Shown piece after piece: positions 1 to 11,895 of a stretch of DNA of 45,438 nt. The position numbers and the translations under genes are program-made. The DNA is taken from positions 56,855,321 through 56,900,758 of the forward strand of contig NC_068987.1 of assembly GCF_001194135.2 (NCBI RefSeq). The letters run 5' to 3'. The DNA comes from Octopus bimaculoides (lineage: Eukaryota). Each line of letters begins with the position of its first letter. Positions within the stretch are counted from its first letter, which is position 1. The notes below the pieces were generated by a model, which saw nothing but the letters and a program-made list of their open reading frames with translations, did no database searches and had not been told where the DNA came from.

Positions 1-176
1 ATATATATAATTAGATTTAAACTTTATAATTTGTATAAAAGAATAAAAGAAATATAGAACGCTAGTGATGAGGTAAAACGAAGCATAATAAAACTGATGT
101 TCAAAATATATCGTATCAAATTTCTTCCTCAAGACTGGCTCACAACTGTCAAGAATAGAGAGTTTTATTGAGAGAA

Positions 177-403
177 GGGCGGAGACGGGGTGAGGTAGGA
201 TGATAGACGAAGGGTGTTCAGTTAACCAAGGGAGTTAACTCTCAATGCTTCCTCTATTTCCACACAACCTAGGTGGCTGTTATCAGCTAATGTTGTGGCG
301 ATCCACTGGTATTTTTGTCTATAAAGATAGAAAGGTCGGTCGAATATTATTTTGACCAAGACCGACTTCTTTAGTTTCCAAGCCTTTAATATTTTCATCC
401 TAG
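177..403 (+). promoter_or_regulatory. Candidate promoter / first non-coding exon of the kinesin gene (tentative)
   Basis: GGGCGG GC box at 177-182, TCAGTT initiator-like motif at 218-223 and a strong donor TAG|GTAAGA at 404, all within a region that retains CpG. No transcript evidence. Confidence 0.3.
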
Positions 404-906
404 GTAAGATGATTATTTTGCTTTGCTATAGCCTTTTTTTACTCTTAAAATAACGCTGCTTGAAGCTGGTTAATATTGTGTTACAATTCTTGCTGTATAA
501 GTATTATAGAGGTGTCCACCAGCGATTGGCATGGTGACCGCATTCAGCTACATACACAAACATCATAATGGCTTACTAATTCGTCTTCCTTTTAACTTCT
601 ATTTTTAAAATGTACATTACATTAGAGCTACATTACATTCATAACAGAAGTGGGTGAAGAAATATTGTTGGTTAAGATATCAGTGAACAATTTAAACGAG
701 AAAGATTCTAGCCTGTTTAATTTCTTGGTTAAAATTATAGAATTCACAACGTATCTTTCCTTTTGTTGATGTAATTTATATGGTTAAATAATTTATTGAT
801 TAATGATTAATTCAGAGCTGTTGAAAAATGATATATGTATATTTAAACTAAGTATTGACTTTGAAAAATAAGATACAGCGAAATTAGGGAAAAAAAGTTC
901 GCACTC

Positions 907-931
907 TTTTTTTTTTTTTTTTTTTTTTTTT
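907..931. repeat. Poly-T run (25 nt)
   Basis: Read directly from the sequence. Confidence 0.95.
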
Positions 932-2908
932 CCTATGTTCGCATTCTGTTTTAAGCATATGATTATGATCTTATGAAAATATATAGGTATATATTTTCTA
1001 ATCAGCCAAATTTCTTTCATTTGTTATTAAAGCTAACATTTCTAGCTATACTTTCGATGATTAATCATGTAGATAACTATTATTAAGCTCAGTTGTTATG
1101 CTTACTCATGCTTAGCACATTAAAACACTACTTACGAATGCATCAATTTAGTGTCGTTCTGATGTCTTACCATTTTATCATGGGTATTAAAACAGCCAAT
1201 TATATCTGACCATCTTCAGTACATTATATTTAATATATAATTTTTTTAATTGTTTTTGAAAACGGTAAAATATTTGTTGAATTGCAAGAAAAAAAATGAC
1301 ACTCCCGATTCTCTCGTAGATGTAAAGGTAAGATGACCTGTTGGGTCAGAATATTGATTTCTTGCAAAGGCACAAGGCCTCGCCTTTATAGAAGGAGAAT
1401 ATAAATTGCAATGTTTTGATGTTCGATCCTTTTTAGAGATATTTCTAATGTATTTAAAGTAAAATGAGAATTGAAACTGGGTTGCGAACTGTTTATCGGG
1501 AGTCTATCGTTTATTCGACTTCAGGAATTTATAATCCAGTTTAAATTCATTTAAAAGATCATTGTAAAACGAGAACGTCGAAGTTTGCATCTGTGTTGAT
1601 AATCTCTGATGATATTTCTGACCCAACTGTTTTGATTCAGATGATGTATTTAATCATTCTAGAAGATAAGCTTATTAATAACGGACGGTAATTAATATTT
1701 ATGTTTTAGCTGTCTTCAAATGTATAACATTTATTGCTTACTTGAAAAATTTTCTGATAATAATATCTTATTAGTAAAGAAAAACAATATTTCGCGATAT
1801 ATTTTTGTATATAGATTTTTAAATGTACGAGAATATTCTTAAATATTTCTTTACATTTTTACCAAACCTTTTGTTTGTTATTATGAAGGGTTTTTTGTAT
1901 TTTTATTACGGCAAAATAATTCATTTTGAATGGATTTTTTTAAAAATTCAGGTTAAAAGATTTGTGCCACTTTTTCATCAAAGAATAAAAATTGTCTTGT
2001 GTGTTCTGTGAGATATAAGGAATTACTGAAAATCGAAACTTGTAGTACGATTAGCTAACTAAATTTATTATTACTATAAAGTAGTTGATTTTCCGAACTG
2101 GTAAAACGGTGGACAGAATACCCTCTGGTATTTAGTGCCTTATTTTATGTTCTAAGTTCAAATCCAAGCCTACGTTACCTTTTCATCCTTCTTGGGTCCA
2201 TAACATTAGTATAAATTATACTGTCACCATAGTTTGTGATCATATGTCAATTTTAGAAATCCCTACTAACATTTTAAGATGTTACCAAAGCATTGCATTT
2301 TTGAATTTTCTCGTTTAAAATCCCTGTCAATAGTGTAAATTATTTATAAGTCTCCCCTTTGGCTTCCCACAGTTTGTGGAAAATATGACTAGTAAACATT
2401 ATCATCCACATCTACCAGTTGATTAAATCAACTGTTCAGGAAAGAGACAGATGCAAATTCAAAACTGGTCAACCAAATTTTAAAATGTTGCATGTTGACT
2501 AATAATAAGGACAATTCTTCACTTTACAAAGCACAAAAGCAATCTTATTTGCTCAATTTTTTGTAATACATTCCAGTGATCTTTCTTTGAAACCATATTC
2601 TTATCAGAGGTTTTTTTGTTATTTTACAAAACTGCCATATACTCTAGCTGTAATCTGTTGATCTCCACATACGAAACAGAAACTATTGTGGAATATTGGT
2701 TATTTTTTAAAATGTTGCCTGCAGTCAGTTCCTTCCTAAGCCTTATATCTTGATGGAAATGAACAAAAAATATATATTCTCAATTTTGTAGTACCATTGA
2801 ACTGCAGCTTTTTTTCTGTCCCTTGAATTGCTTAGGATTAGTTCATAAGTCAGACCGAATCCATAATCAATGACTCCTTCTACCATACACTTTTTATATT
2901 TTCCAGAC

Positions 2909-3341
2909 ATAGGCAAGGCTGTCTGGTTAAAAAGTTCACTTCCCAACTGTATGGTTCTTTTGGTTCAGTTCCACTATGGCAACTTGGGCAGCCAAAGCCA
3001 TGTTGGTGGATTTAGTTGCTGGAAACTGGGGGAAAAAAAGAAAAACCATTGTGTGTGTATACATGGGGTGGGGTGCTTGTATCTGCATGGGTGAGTGTGC
3101 ATGTTTGTATCCCTTTGCTATCATATGATAGTTGTAAAGTATGTGTATCACTGTCGTACAAGTGGTGATCTTAATTTCTGGTCTTCTGTAAAATCATGTC
3201 CAACCAAGGAGAAGTATTGCATTGCTTGGAAACAGGTGAAGTTTGGTGATAGGAAGAGCGTCCAGCTATAGAAAATCTGCCTTACCCAGTTCTATCTGAT
3301 CCATGCAAGCATACAAAATGAGTATTAAAACAATGATGATG
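2909..3341 (+). mobile_element. Diverged tRNA-type SINE, family B, RTE-tail variant (B2)
   Basis: Head GGCTGTCTGGTT...GGTTCAGTTCCAC, central CCAAAGCC..GGATTT..GGAAACTG, and tail GGAAGAGCGTCCAGC...CCATGCAAGCAT...ATGATGATG, matching copies at 25716 and 39310. Confidence 0.75.
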
Positions 3342-4859
3342 TAGCTAACGTCTCCTTTATAAAACAATAAGGTGTGACTTGCAAGAGATTTGGGCTTTAT
3401 TTGTTGTTAGTCAAACAACCATATAGAGGCTCCTCTTTGGCTTGTCATTTTTGGCTGTTATCACTACAGCCAGAGAAGGAACAAATAGAGGTGACATAAG
3501 ACAGAGGGTGCGCTTCAGTCTTGTCAGACAACTTCTCTTGTGCTGATGCTAGATGAAATGCACCCAATCCACGATATTCTAAAGCAGTTTGTTTCCCTTT
3601 GATAGGCTAGGGCATCCAGCTATTTAATAAAAATCATACCAAGAAAAAAAATAGCAGGAGCACAGCTGACATAAAGCAGAAGAGGGATGCTTTAATCTTG
3701 TCTTGGTGGTGATGACCTCTTGACTACAACAAGGATGTCTAGTTTCCACTGTTGGTGTGTGTCCTAGATAAGAAAGGACTGTGATAAGTAGCAGGACACT
3801 AAGACTGGTGCCAGCAAGGAAAAGTAGATGTAAGAAAATTATACCAACATTCTCAACAACTTTATTCCAAATCCTCTCAAATCATGCACTTCATTTTCTA
3901 TTTTTTTTTTTACTTCAGTAATCTACACCAAAATGTTTTTCTATAGAATTCCTTTTGAAAAAAAAAAAAAAGCTCCTGACTTTCTCACTTATTCTATTAT
4001 TATATTAGACATAGGATCTATATGTATGTTTTCAATGATGCAACTGTTATTCGTTATCCTAGATATTGATTGCTTTGTGTTCATTTTGATTTGCTTACTA
4101 TACTTGATCATCGATTATTTTGACTTTATGTTGTCATATCACACTTCACTGAAGTCATCAACCTCAGTGATGTCAATAGGTACAGCTCTTCATCACTCAT
4201 TTATTTCATCCCACACATGCTGCTGGTGCAAAAACGGGGTCTTCCACAATTCTTAATTTTTTACATCATTTTGATTTCATCCTCTCTTCACACACCCCTG
4301 ACTGACACATAGATATTCCAATTAGCCTTGATCCCTTTCTCATCTCCATTCATAGCTTCAATGAAACTGTTACCATCTTTGCATCTGCCATTTAGTGTGA
4401 CCATTGTCCATCTCATTTACACACTACACAAATACTACACTATGACACTATGACTACCCATCCTTCCCTGATCTCATGGTACTCCACTAACTGTTCAGAT
4501 CTCCACCAATTCTATGATAAACTATCTCTGACATCAGAGACAACTAAGTAGTTGACTGAAACCATCAGTCATATTTCTCCACATCCCACACATTCCAAAA
4601 TAAAACTGATTCACACATACATGTGCTGTGGCATTTTAGATGAAAAACATGACCTACAACACTTGGAGTGGATAGCTTTAATCTTCTACTGCAGATAATG
4701 TATTTGTCCTTGATATCATATCTTGCAAGCTCTTATGCTTCTCAAACTGCACTTGATTCTTTTGATCACCTGTCAAAAGGATTTCTCCTAACATTTTGGG
4801 AATTCTCCTTTATTCCATTTCTCAACCATATTCTGTAGGCACCATTCCATAGAAAAATC

Positions 4860-5130
4860 CTATACACTTGCTGTTTGCTTTATATCCATTTCTACACAGC
4901 ACACTCTAAGTAAATTTCCTACAAAACTGTCTGTCTTCATTCCACCTGGCTCCCCAACATGTTCACATACCCACCTAGCACTAACAAATCTTTAGAAACT
5001 TCATATCAACAATGCCCTCAGCTGTAACAGTGTTTTCCCCGTTGCCTTCAAACAATGTGCTCTACAGCTGGACCATATCATTTCCAAAGGCCATATATTC
5101 ACCCCTTTTCTCCAGAATAAACTGTTAAAA
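4860..5130 (+). mobile_element. Possible heavily decayed CR1/L2/Jockey-type LINE C-terminus
   Basis: Translation from 4921 gives TKLSVFIPPGSPTCSHTHLALTNL*KLHINNALSCNSVFP, loosely like the ELSSLVPP...NSFFP end of such RT ORFs. Weak match. Confidence 0.25.
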
Positions 5131-6681
5131 AAACACAATTTGCCAAATTTCTATTTTGATAAACTTGAACAGTTATAGACATACTCTGTTCTCCAAAGAC
5201 TGGGAAAACTTCGGAAAAGAAAATATCTCAGATTCTTTAAAATTTTGCTTGATAGACCAAGCAAATTCAATTGAATTCACTAATTTCCACTAAATGAAAT
5301 ATGGGACACTTTTATAAGTTAGTGTCTTCCCCTCTCTTGCAGGCAAAGAAAGCATTAGTTTAGTGATTAGCATAATAGTACAACTTATTACCAGCTTCTT
5401 ATAATGCATCAAATGAAATATTTAAGTAAACACTATTCACACCTCATCTCCTGTAGAACCAAGACAGTCGATTCATTTAAGAAGACAGTGCTTCTTCTGT
5501 AGACTAATATGAAAAAAATTACAAAATTAAGTAGCTCATCAATCCTAGATTGATTTAGCTCTTTTCCACAAACAGAATACACTGGTGAAACATGTTAAAT
5601 GCTATGTTTGTATTTTATCTTCTTTTGTCCAGTTATTTTATGGATTGAAGTTTAGCATGTGGACATAGCTAAGCAAGTCTAGTAGGGATGCCAGTTTAGT
5701 AATGGATGACCCGACCATGCAACTGGTTGTGCTGGATTCCGTGTTACCAGTAGCACTCATGAGAGATCTCACAAGTGACCTGACACTCTACCACTATATC
5801 GTTTTAATTCTTTCTTATTTTCATCTTCATCAAGTGACAATGATACAATATCATTTCAACTACAACTACTGTACACTCATGCATGGTTCATTGTTAGATT
5901 AATAGGAAAATTGTAAATTGACAAACCATCATCATCCTCTTTCAAAATCTACCTTCTATGTTGGCATTGGTTGGACAGTACATGTTGTACTGTCTAACCA
6001 ATGACAGATTGGAGAGCTGCATCTTACTTGTATGTTTCGTTTTTGGCTTAGATTATAATACTGAAGGTTCTTCCTAATCCTGACTACTTTACTGGCTGTA
6101 CTGGGTGCTTGTTTTTTTTCCTTTTTTATGTGCAACAAGTTGGTTATATTTCTACAACACAAAATATTTTGAATTTCTTTTATACAATTCCTAATAATAT
6201 TTAATCATAAAAATATAATAGAAGTTTCTAGACATCAAATGACTGAGACCTCTACTTTCTTGTATAAAATAGGAATCAAAGTAGTTCATAGGCAAAAAAC
6301 AATTGAGAACCACTGTCCTAGGTAGTCATTTGTTATAGTGTGACCCTGGTTTGCTCTGCTTAAACAGACCAATGTGGCAATGGTTTCCAATTAGATATTC
6401 CAGAATGTCTAACATTTATCATTGATATGTGATCAGCATTGAGTCACATTCTTTCCTTCTGTGGACATAGCATTTTAATAGTTCGAGCATCTTCTTAGCT
6501 ATTTAGTTTGCATAAGCATCACAGTTACAACCATGCTGGTGCACTGCTTGCATTGCAGCATAAGGGGAATCTAATCTGATCTGTGGTTGAAAATATTTTA
6601 TCTATACGTTTCCTTATAATGATGTATGAAGATATATTTTCTAACCTGTAATTTTTCTTTTTTGTCTATTTTCTATTGCAG

Positions 6682-6748
6682 GATTATGTATTGCAACTGT
6701 GATTCTATACTGCGATAACATTCTAATTGAAAGACTCCATCCAACAAA
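6682..6748 (+). other. KIF3B: 5'UTR part of the exon carrying the kinesin start codon
   Basis: Polypyrimidine tract and TTGCAG acceptor ending at 6681. The exon ends in CAAAATG followed by GTAAAT. Confidence 0.75.
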
Positions 6749-6751
6749 ATG
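6749..6751 (+). CDS. KIF3B: Kinesin-2 motor subunit (KIF3B-like), coding exon 1: start codon only
   Basis: ATG in CAAAATG context directly followed by a GT donor at 6752. Phase 0 joins it to the exon at 13398 ([16 protein letters not shown]), which has no upstream in-frame ATG of its own. Confidence 0.8.
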
Positions 6752-6977
6752 GTAAATATTTATCCTTCATTCTCAGTTATCCATCTTTTACAGTTGTTTT
6801 GGAAAGGGCAGATACAGCCGTCTTCATAAAGAAGATTGGGGTTTGGTGAAACATGATAAATTTAGTAGAATAATTAAGGGGCATTTAGTAGTTCCTTGCA
6901 TGCTAGATTTAGCAGAATAATTAAGGAGTATTTGATGGCTTCACATTAAAATTTAAAATTGTTCTGATGTCCACTTT

Positions 6978-7340
6978 TCATCATCATCATTTAACATCCA
7001 CATCCCATGGTGGCATGGGTTGGACGGTTTGACAGGATCCAGTGGGTCAGTGGACTGCGTGGTACTCCAGTGTCTGCTTTGGCTTGACCTCTATACCCTG
7101 ATACTCTTCCTTACACTGTCCACTTTTCAGCATGTACTGGATGCATTTTTGTGTCACCAACACTAGTGAGATTGTCAAGCAGCTATGAACCCCAACTGGA
7201 GTGGGGCTAAAGTATGGTGTAAGGTGGCAGAGCAGGTTTCTTGCTATAGAGGAGCAACATGACATCTCACATTTAGAAGAAAGGGTGAAAGTGACAGGGT
7301 GGAGTTGGAAAGAGATAAAATAGTAGTAATGCTGTGACCA
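6978..7340 (-). mobile_element. Short non-autonomous element with RTE-type 3' tail and putative RTE 5'UTR-like head
   Basis: (CAT)n plus TTTAACATCCAC..CCATG tail on the minus strand. The distal part aligns by eye with 12600-12710. Confidence 0.6.
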
Positions 7341-7667
7341 AAAACCAGATGTGTTAGGAAAAATTATTAATTGAACTATTGGTAATCAGCTAAGCCATAT
7401 CTGTTTTATTGAATACTTTGCATAAAGCAATTATAATTCTTACCTGCTATGATGATTTTCCTAGCAAATCATTACAGCAAACTTTATCAAGAACAGACCT
7501 TACAGTCCTAAGACTTGGTACCCCTGTGAAAGATCTGTTTAACTGGTAAGGCCAAACAGCAAATCAGGCAGTCAAGAACAGAAGAAGAGTAAGAATAGGA
7601 AATGGAACGTGTATGACAAACTTGTAGAGTATTAGAAAGGATAATAACCTTGTAACAGAATTTCAAT

Positions 7668-7964
7668 AGCCATGCCGAGATCGTTGCCGGTGCCCCTGGA
7701 CTGGCTCTTGTGCGGGTGACACATGAGGTTTTTCGAGCGAGATGAGCATGGCCGTTGCCAGTACCGCCTGACTGGCCTTCGTGCGGGTGACATGTAAAAG
7801 CACCCACTACACTCTCTGAGTGGTTGGCGTTAGGAAGGGCATCCAGCTGTAGAAACTCTGCCAAATCAGATTGGAGCCTGGTGTAGCCATCTGGTTTCAC
7901 CAGTCCTCAGTCAAATCGTCCAACCCATGCTAGCATGGAAAGCAGACGTTAAACGACGGCGATG
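7668..7964 (+). mobile_element. RTE LINE 3'UTR/tail fragment
   Basis: AAGCACCCACTACACTCTC..GGTTGGCGTTAGGAAGGGCATCCAGCTGTAGAAAC...CCATGCTAGCATGGAAAGCAGACGTTAAACGA, highly similar to the end of the RTE at 18915-19083. Confidence 0.9.
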
Positions 7965-8188
7965 TCAGAGAGTATCTAAATGCAGAAACTTTATCAGACT
8001 ATTGTCCACCATGGCTCCATAGATTCATCCCTAGTTATATTTTGGAAATGTTATTCACATTAGTGGATTACAGATCTCTATGAAAATAACAACACAATTT
8101 AAATTCAAAACACTAACATTAATTTCATCATTAATTTATCAAAAATGTTTTGAATTTTGTTACACTAATTAAAATTAAGCTGTTATAT

Positions 8189-8419
8189 TTAACCTTTTTT
8201 GTTACCATATTTCTGTTAAAATATGCTGATTTTGTTTCAGTTAATTTTGAAAATACTGAAGAATTTAGTAGAATAACTTTGTCACTATGAAGCTGGAGTT
8301 TGAAACATAAGTTATCATGAAATTTTGATTGGAGGTTCTAATTTAGATCACTTCAAAACAGGAAGTTTGTATCGTAGAACTAGGGATAGTCTCAAGTGGG
8401 TTGGTATCAAAAGGGTTAA
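8189..8419 (+). mobile_element. TTAA-flanked MITE (piggyBac-like), family F
   Basis: TTAACCTTTTTTGTTACCA ... TGGTATCAAAAGGGTTAA termini. The interior is similar to 33294-33517. Confidence 0.8.
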
Positions 8420-8793
8420 TTTGACTGTTTATTTTAATTAATTTTGCAAAATTATATCACCTCTCCAGAACATTCAATGATGGTATTTAGTGTTGATGAG
8501 GAAGATGATTCACTATTTCTGTAAGTCTTTTCAATGAGATGGACAGATGCAATGTACTGCACTTAACGACTTCGTTACTTTGAAACCACTGACCTAAAAT
8601 ATATCATAATTCTGATGTAAATACTATCTATGGTTCAGAGACCTAACTGGGAAAAGTATGTCAAATTATGGCATTTTAAAGATTTTTTTGTGCCATCATC
8701 TACAGAACTAATTGGTGGCAGTGATATTTTCAGTGCCAGTAGTATTTTTAACAAAAATCTCTGATGAGCTAAATCTTATTATTTAACCACAAG

Positions 8794-8978
8794 AAGGCAG
8801 TGAGCTGGCAGAATCAGTGGCTCTTTGCATTCTGAGTTCAACACTGCTATAATTAACTTTGCTTTTCATTTTCTCCTGATTGATGCAATAAAGTACCAGT
8901 CAAGTACTGGGAATTATGTAATTGACTTGTCCCACCTCCTACTAAAATTGCTGGCATTGTGCCAAAATTTGAAACAAT
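8794..8978 (+). mobile_element. SINE family C (Nin/Deu-domain-like)
   Basis: GAGCTGGCAGAA..CTGAGTTCAA..TTTCAT..AAGTACCAGT..CTGGCATTGTGCCAAAATTTGAAAC, similar to 44071-44287. Confidence 0.75.
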
Positions 8979-9013
8979 TTAGCCATAAGTTCATCCGGAA
9001 ATTGAACAAATTC

Positions 9014-9269
9014 ACACTCAAAGTGGTTAGCATTTGGAAGGGCATCCAACTGTAAAAATCATGCCAAAACTAACATCGCCTCTGCTAGTACCATGTAAAA
9101 AGCACTGAGTCCACTCTGCAGAGTGGTTTGTGTTAGGAAGGGCATCCAGCTGTAAAAACCTTGCCAAAACAGACACAGTAACCTAGAGTAGTCTTCTACC
9201 TGGCCGGCTCCAGTCAGCCATCCTACCTATGCATGCATGCATGGAAGACAGACGTTAAACGATGATGAT
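9014..9269 (+). mobile_element. RTE-type 3' tail fragment with a duplicated GGAAGGGCATCCA module
   Basis: Two GGAAGGGCATCCA(A/G)CTGTAAAAA units followed by GACGTTAAACGATGATGAT. Same layout as 23377-23640. Confidence 0.8.
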
Positions 9270-9279
9270 ATATATACAC

Positions 9280-9457
9280 ATACACACACACACACACACA
9301 AATCGGACTTCTTGCAGTTTCTGTTTACCAAATCCAATCACAAAGCTTTGGTTGGCTTGTGGATACAGTAGTAGAAGATATCTACCTAAGGTGCCATGCA
9401 CTGGGACTGAACCCAAAACAATGTGGTTGAGAAGCTAACTTCTTAGTGACACACCAC
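9280..9457 (-). mobile_element. SINE family B head, partial
   Basis: Reverse complement of the GGTTCAGTCCCA..CTTCTACTA..AAAGC..GGATTTGG..AAACTG head, preceded by (CA)n. Confidence 0.7.
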
Positions 9458-9845
9458 ATCTCTCTCTCTAATTTTACTATAACTTTTCTCAGCTTGATCC
9501 AGCAATATGATACCTTTGTAATTTTTCTCTTTCAAATTATCACCTTTATCTTTGCAAAAATTGTCTATAGTGCTACTGTGCCAGTCATTGAGTACGGTGT
9601 CTTCCTGTACAACCTGATAAACTATGTTGGTTACTAGGCTGCATGATATGTCACCAAATATTTTAAGGATCTTGGCATTAATTCTTCATGGTCCAATGAC
9701 TCTCTCTGCCTTTGTATCCTTAATTTCTTTATCTCTATCATGCTGTTGTCAACTAGAATGACTGGTCCCAATGTTAGGCAGCTTTTTGTAATAGCACTTC
9801 CATGCCTCTTTCTTTTCAAAATCACTAAATGCTAAGTATACCATT

Positions 9846-10778
9846 CATAACCATCACCAACATTTAATATTTGTTTCCCATGTTGACATGAGTTGGATGG
9901 CTTGGTAGGAACTGGCAAGGCCAAAGACCATACCAGATTCCATAATCTGTTTTGGCTTGGTTTCTACAGCTGGATGCTCTTCCTAACTCCAACCAATTTA
10001 CAGAGTGTACTGAATACACCTTCACCATGACATTTTACAGGCTTTTATGTAGCACCTTGGTTTTAGGATCTCAACTCTGTTGCGGTGGGCAGGTCTTCTG
10101 GAGTACAGCAATGCACCACATATCTCAGTCCCTTGTCATCTCTTTCATAAGGCTCAGCGTTTTGAGACCAGCCTTCAATACTTCATCCAGTGTCTTCCTG
10201 GGTTTCCTTCTTGCACAACTTCACTCCATTTTCTATCCATATACAATTCTCTCCCACAACATCTTGATTTTTCTCTTGCCTTGCAATCCAAGACACCTCA
10301 TACCTCTGGTTCCCACATTGTAGAACAGTGACAAACTTCTGACTTCCTCTTTCTCCTCTTGCTAAATAAATTTGTGGTCTAGCTTCTCTTCTAGCTACCT
10401 GGTATAATTCTCTGTTTTCCCCATTCTTACAATCTTTTCCAAACCTACCTTTTTACTTTTATGGTTCTGTCTACCTCACTGTTCCACCATCATGACACAT
10501 TCAATAGGCTGTCTCATAGGAACTTCCAGTTGACCTCTATGCTCTACATCTCTAACTCCTCCTCCTCCTTTACATTAAATACTTCAACTTCAACTTCTTT
10601 AAATTTCTAACTATTTGATGGATCTTTAAGGTTCCATATTTTCTTTTTCCAAATTTCTTTGTGTCTCTGAGTCCTTCTAACTCAAAGTCTGATGCCTAAC
10701 CATTAACCTATGTTGGGTTGCACATTCTTCACCTGGAAAGGACTTCGCACTTTTCAACCAGCTGTCTATTTTGTCTTC
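9846..10778 (-). mobile_element. Internally deleted RTE LINE copy (end of endonuclease and linker fused to ORF C-terminus and tail)
   Basis: Minus-strand translation gives KSFPGEECATQHRL, KIWNLKDPS, NWKFL*DSLLN and WWNSEVDRTI, then jumps to PRKTLDEVLKAGLKTLSL. These match the RTE at about 16370-16930 and 18560-18680. The RT domain is absent. Confidence 0.8.
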
Positions 10779-10780
10779 TG

Positions 10781-10936
10781 GCGGCTGTGTGGTTAGAAAG
10801 GTTGTTTCCCAACAATATGGCCTTAGGTTCAGTTCCGCTGCACAGCACTTCATATAAGAGTCTTCTACTATAGACCTGGGCCAACCAAAGCCTTGTGAGT
10901 GGATTTGGTAGATGGAAACTGAAAGAAGCTCATGAT
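10781..10936 (+). mobile_element. SINE family B head
   Basis: GGCTGTGTGGTTAG..GGTTCAGTTCC..GTCTTCTACTATAG..CCAAAGCCTTGTGAGTGGATTTGGTAGATGGAAACTGAAAGAAGC. Confidence 0.85.
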
Positions 10937-11506
10937 AAAATTTACCTAGAACTTGAAGATGTTTGCATTTAAATCTTTAAAAGTACCATAATTATATATA
11001 TATATATATATATAGAAATATATATATATATATGGACGCCCACCCGCCCACTTTCTATGGCTCTCCTGCTTGCCATCATGGAAAACATATGTTACAGGAG
11101 GAGGAGGATGGTCTCATTAATCTTAATGAGGTAGGGCTGCAAAGTCAATGAACAACAACCCATTCTTCCACACAAAACCAATAAAAAAAAGCTTTTGTTA
11201 TCTCTGTGAGCTCAAGCCTAAAACCATTACATAATGATTACAAATATTGTATCTGATAGCCATTCCTTCTCAATAGCTTTTGATTTGAGCATAAGCTTTA
11301 GCTATCTTATTGATCTCCACAACAATATATATACTTTTTGAATTATTTCCTAAAAAAGAAAATAACAAAAACATCTGCAATTTAGAAATAGAAGAAAACA
11401 TATTGTAATATGAAAGTATGTGTTGTTTTTGCTGATGTAGAATACATTAAAAAGAACACGGTAAAATAATTATTATTGTTATTAATTACAGGTTTATAGG
11501 ACACTA

Positions 11507-11895
11507 GGTGGAGGCGCAATGGCCCAGTGATTAGGGCAGCGGACTCGCGGTCATAGGATCGCGGTTTCGATTCCCAGACCGGGCGTTGTGAGTGTTTATT
11601 GAGCGAAAACACCTAAAGCTCCACGAGGCTCCGGCAGGGGATGGTGGCAAACCCTGCTGTGCTCTTTCACCACAACTTTCTCTCACTCTTACTTCCTGTT
11701 TCTGTTGTGCCTGTAATTCAAAGGGTCAGCTTGTCACATTGTGTCACGCTGAATATCCCCGAGAACTACGTGAAGGGTACACGTGTCTGTGGAGTGCTCA
11801 GCCACTTGCACGTTAATTTCACGAGCAGGCTGTTCAGTTGATCGGATCAACTGGAACCCTCGACGTCGTGAGCGACGGAGCGCCAACAGTGCCAA
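11507..11895 (+). mobile_element. Full-length tRNA-derived SINE, family A, with 12-bp TSD
   Basis: A-box-like TGGCCCAGTGATT and B-box-like GGTTTCGATTCCC. A perfect TATAGGACACTA duplication lies at 11495-11506 and 11896-11907. Confidence 0.92.

Noticed and set aside
1320-1327. 8-nt microexon ATGTAAAG between CGTAG and GTAAGA
   Set aside because: Poor polypyrimidine tract and no independent support. Kept only as a candidate donor.
11507-11585. tRNA gene
   Set aside because: A and B boxes are present, but there is no convincing acceptor stem or T terminator. It continues into a SINE body bounded by a TSD.
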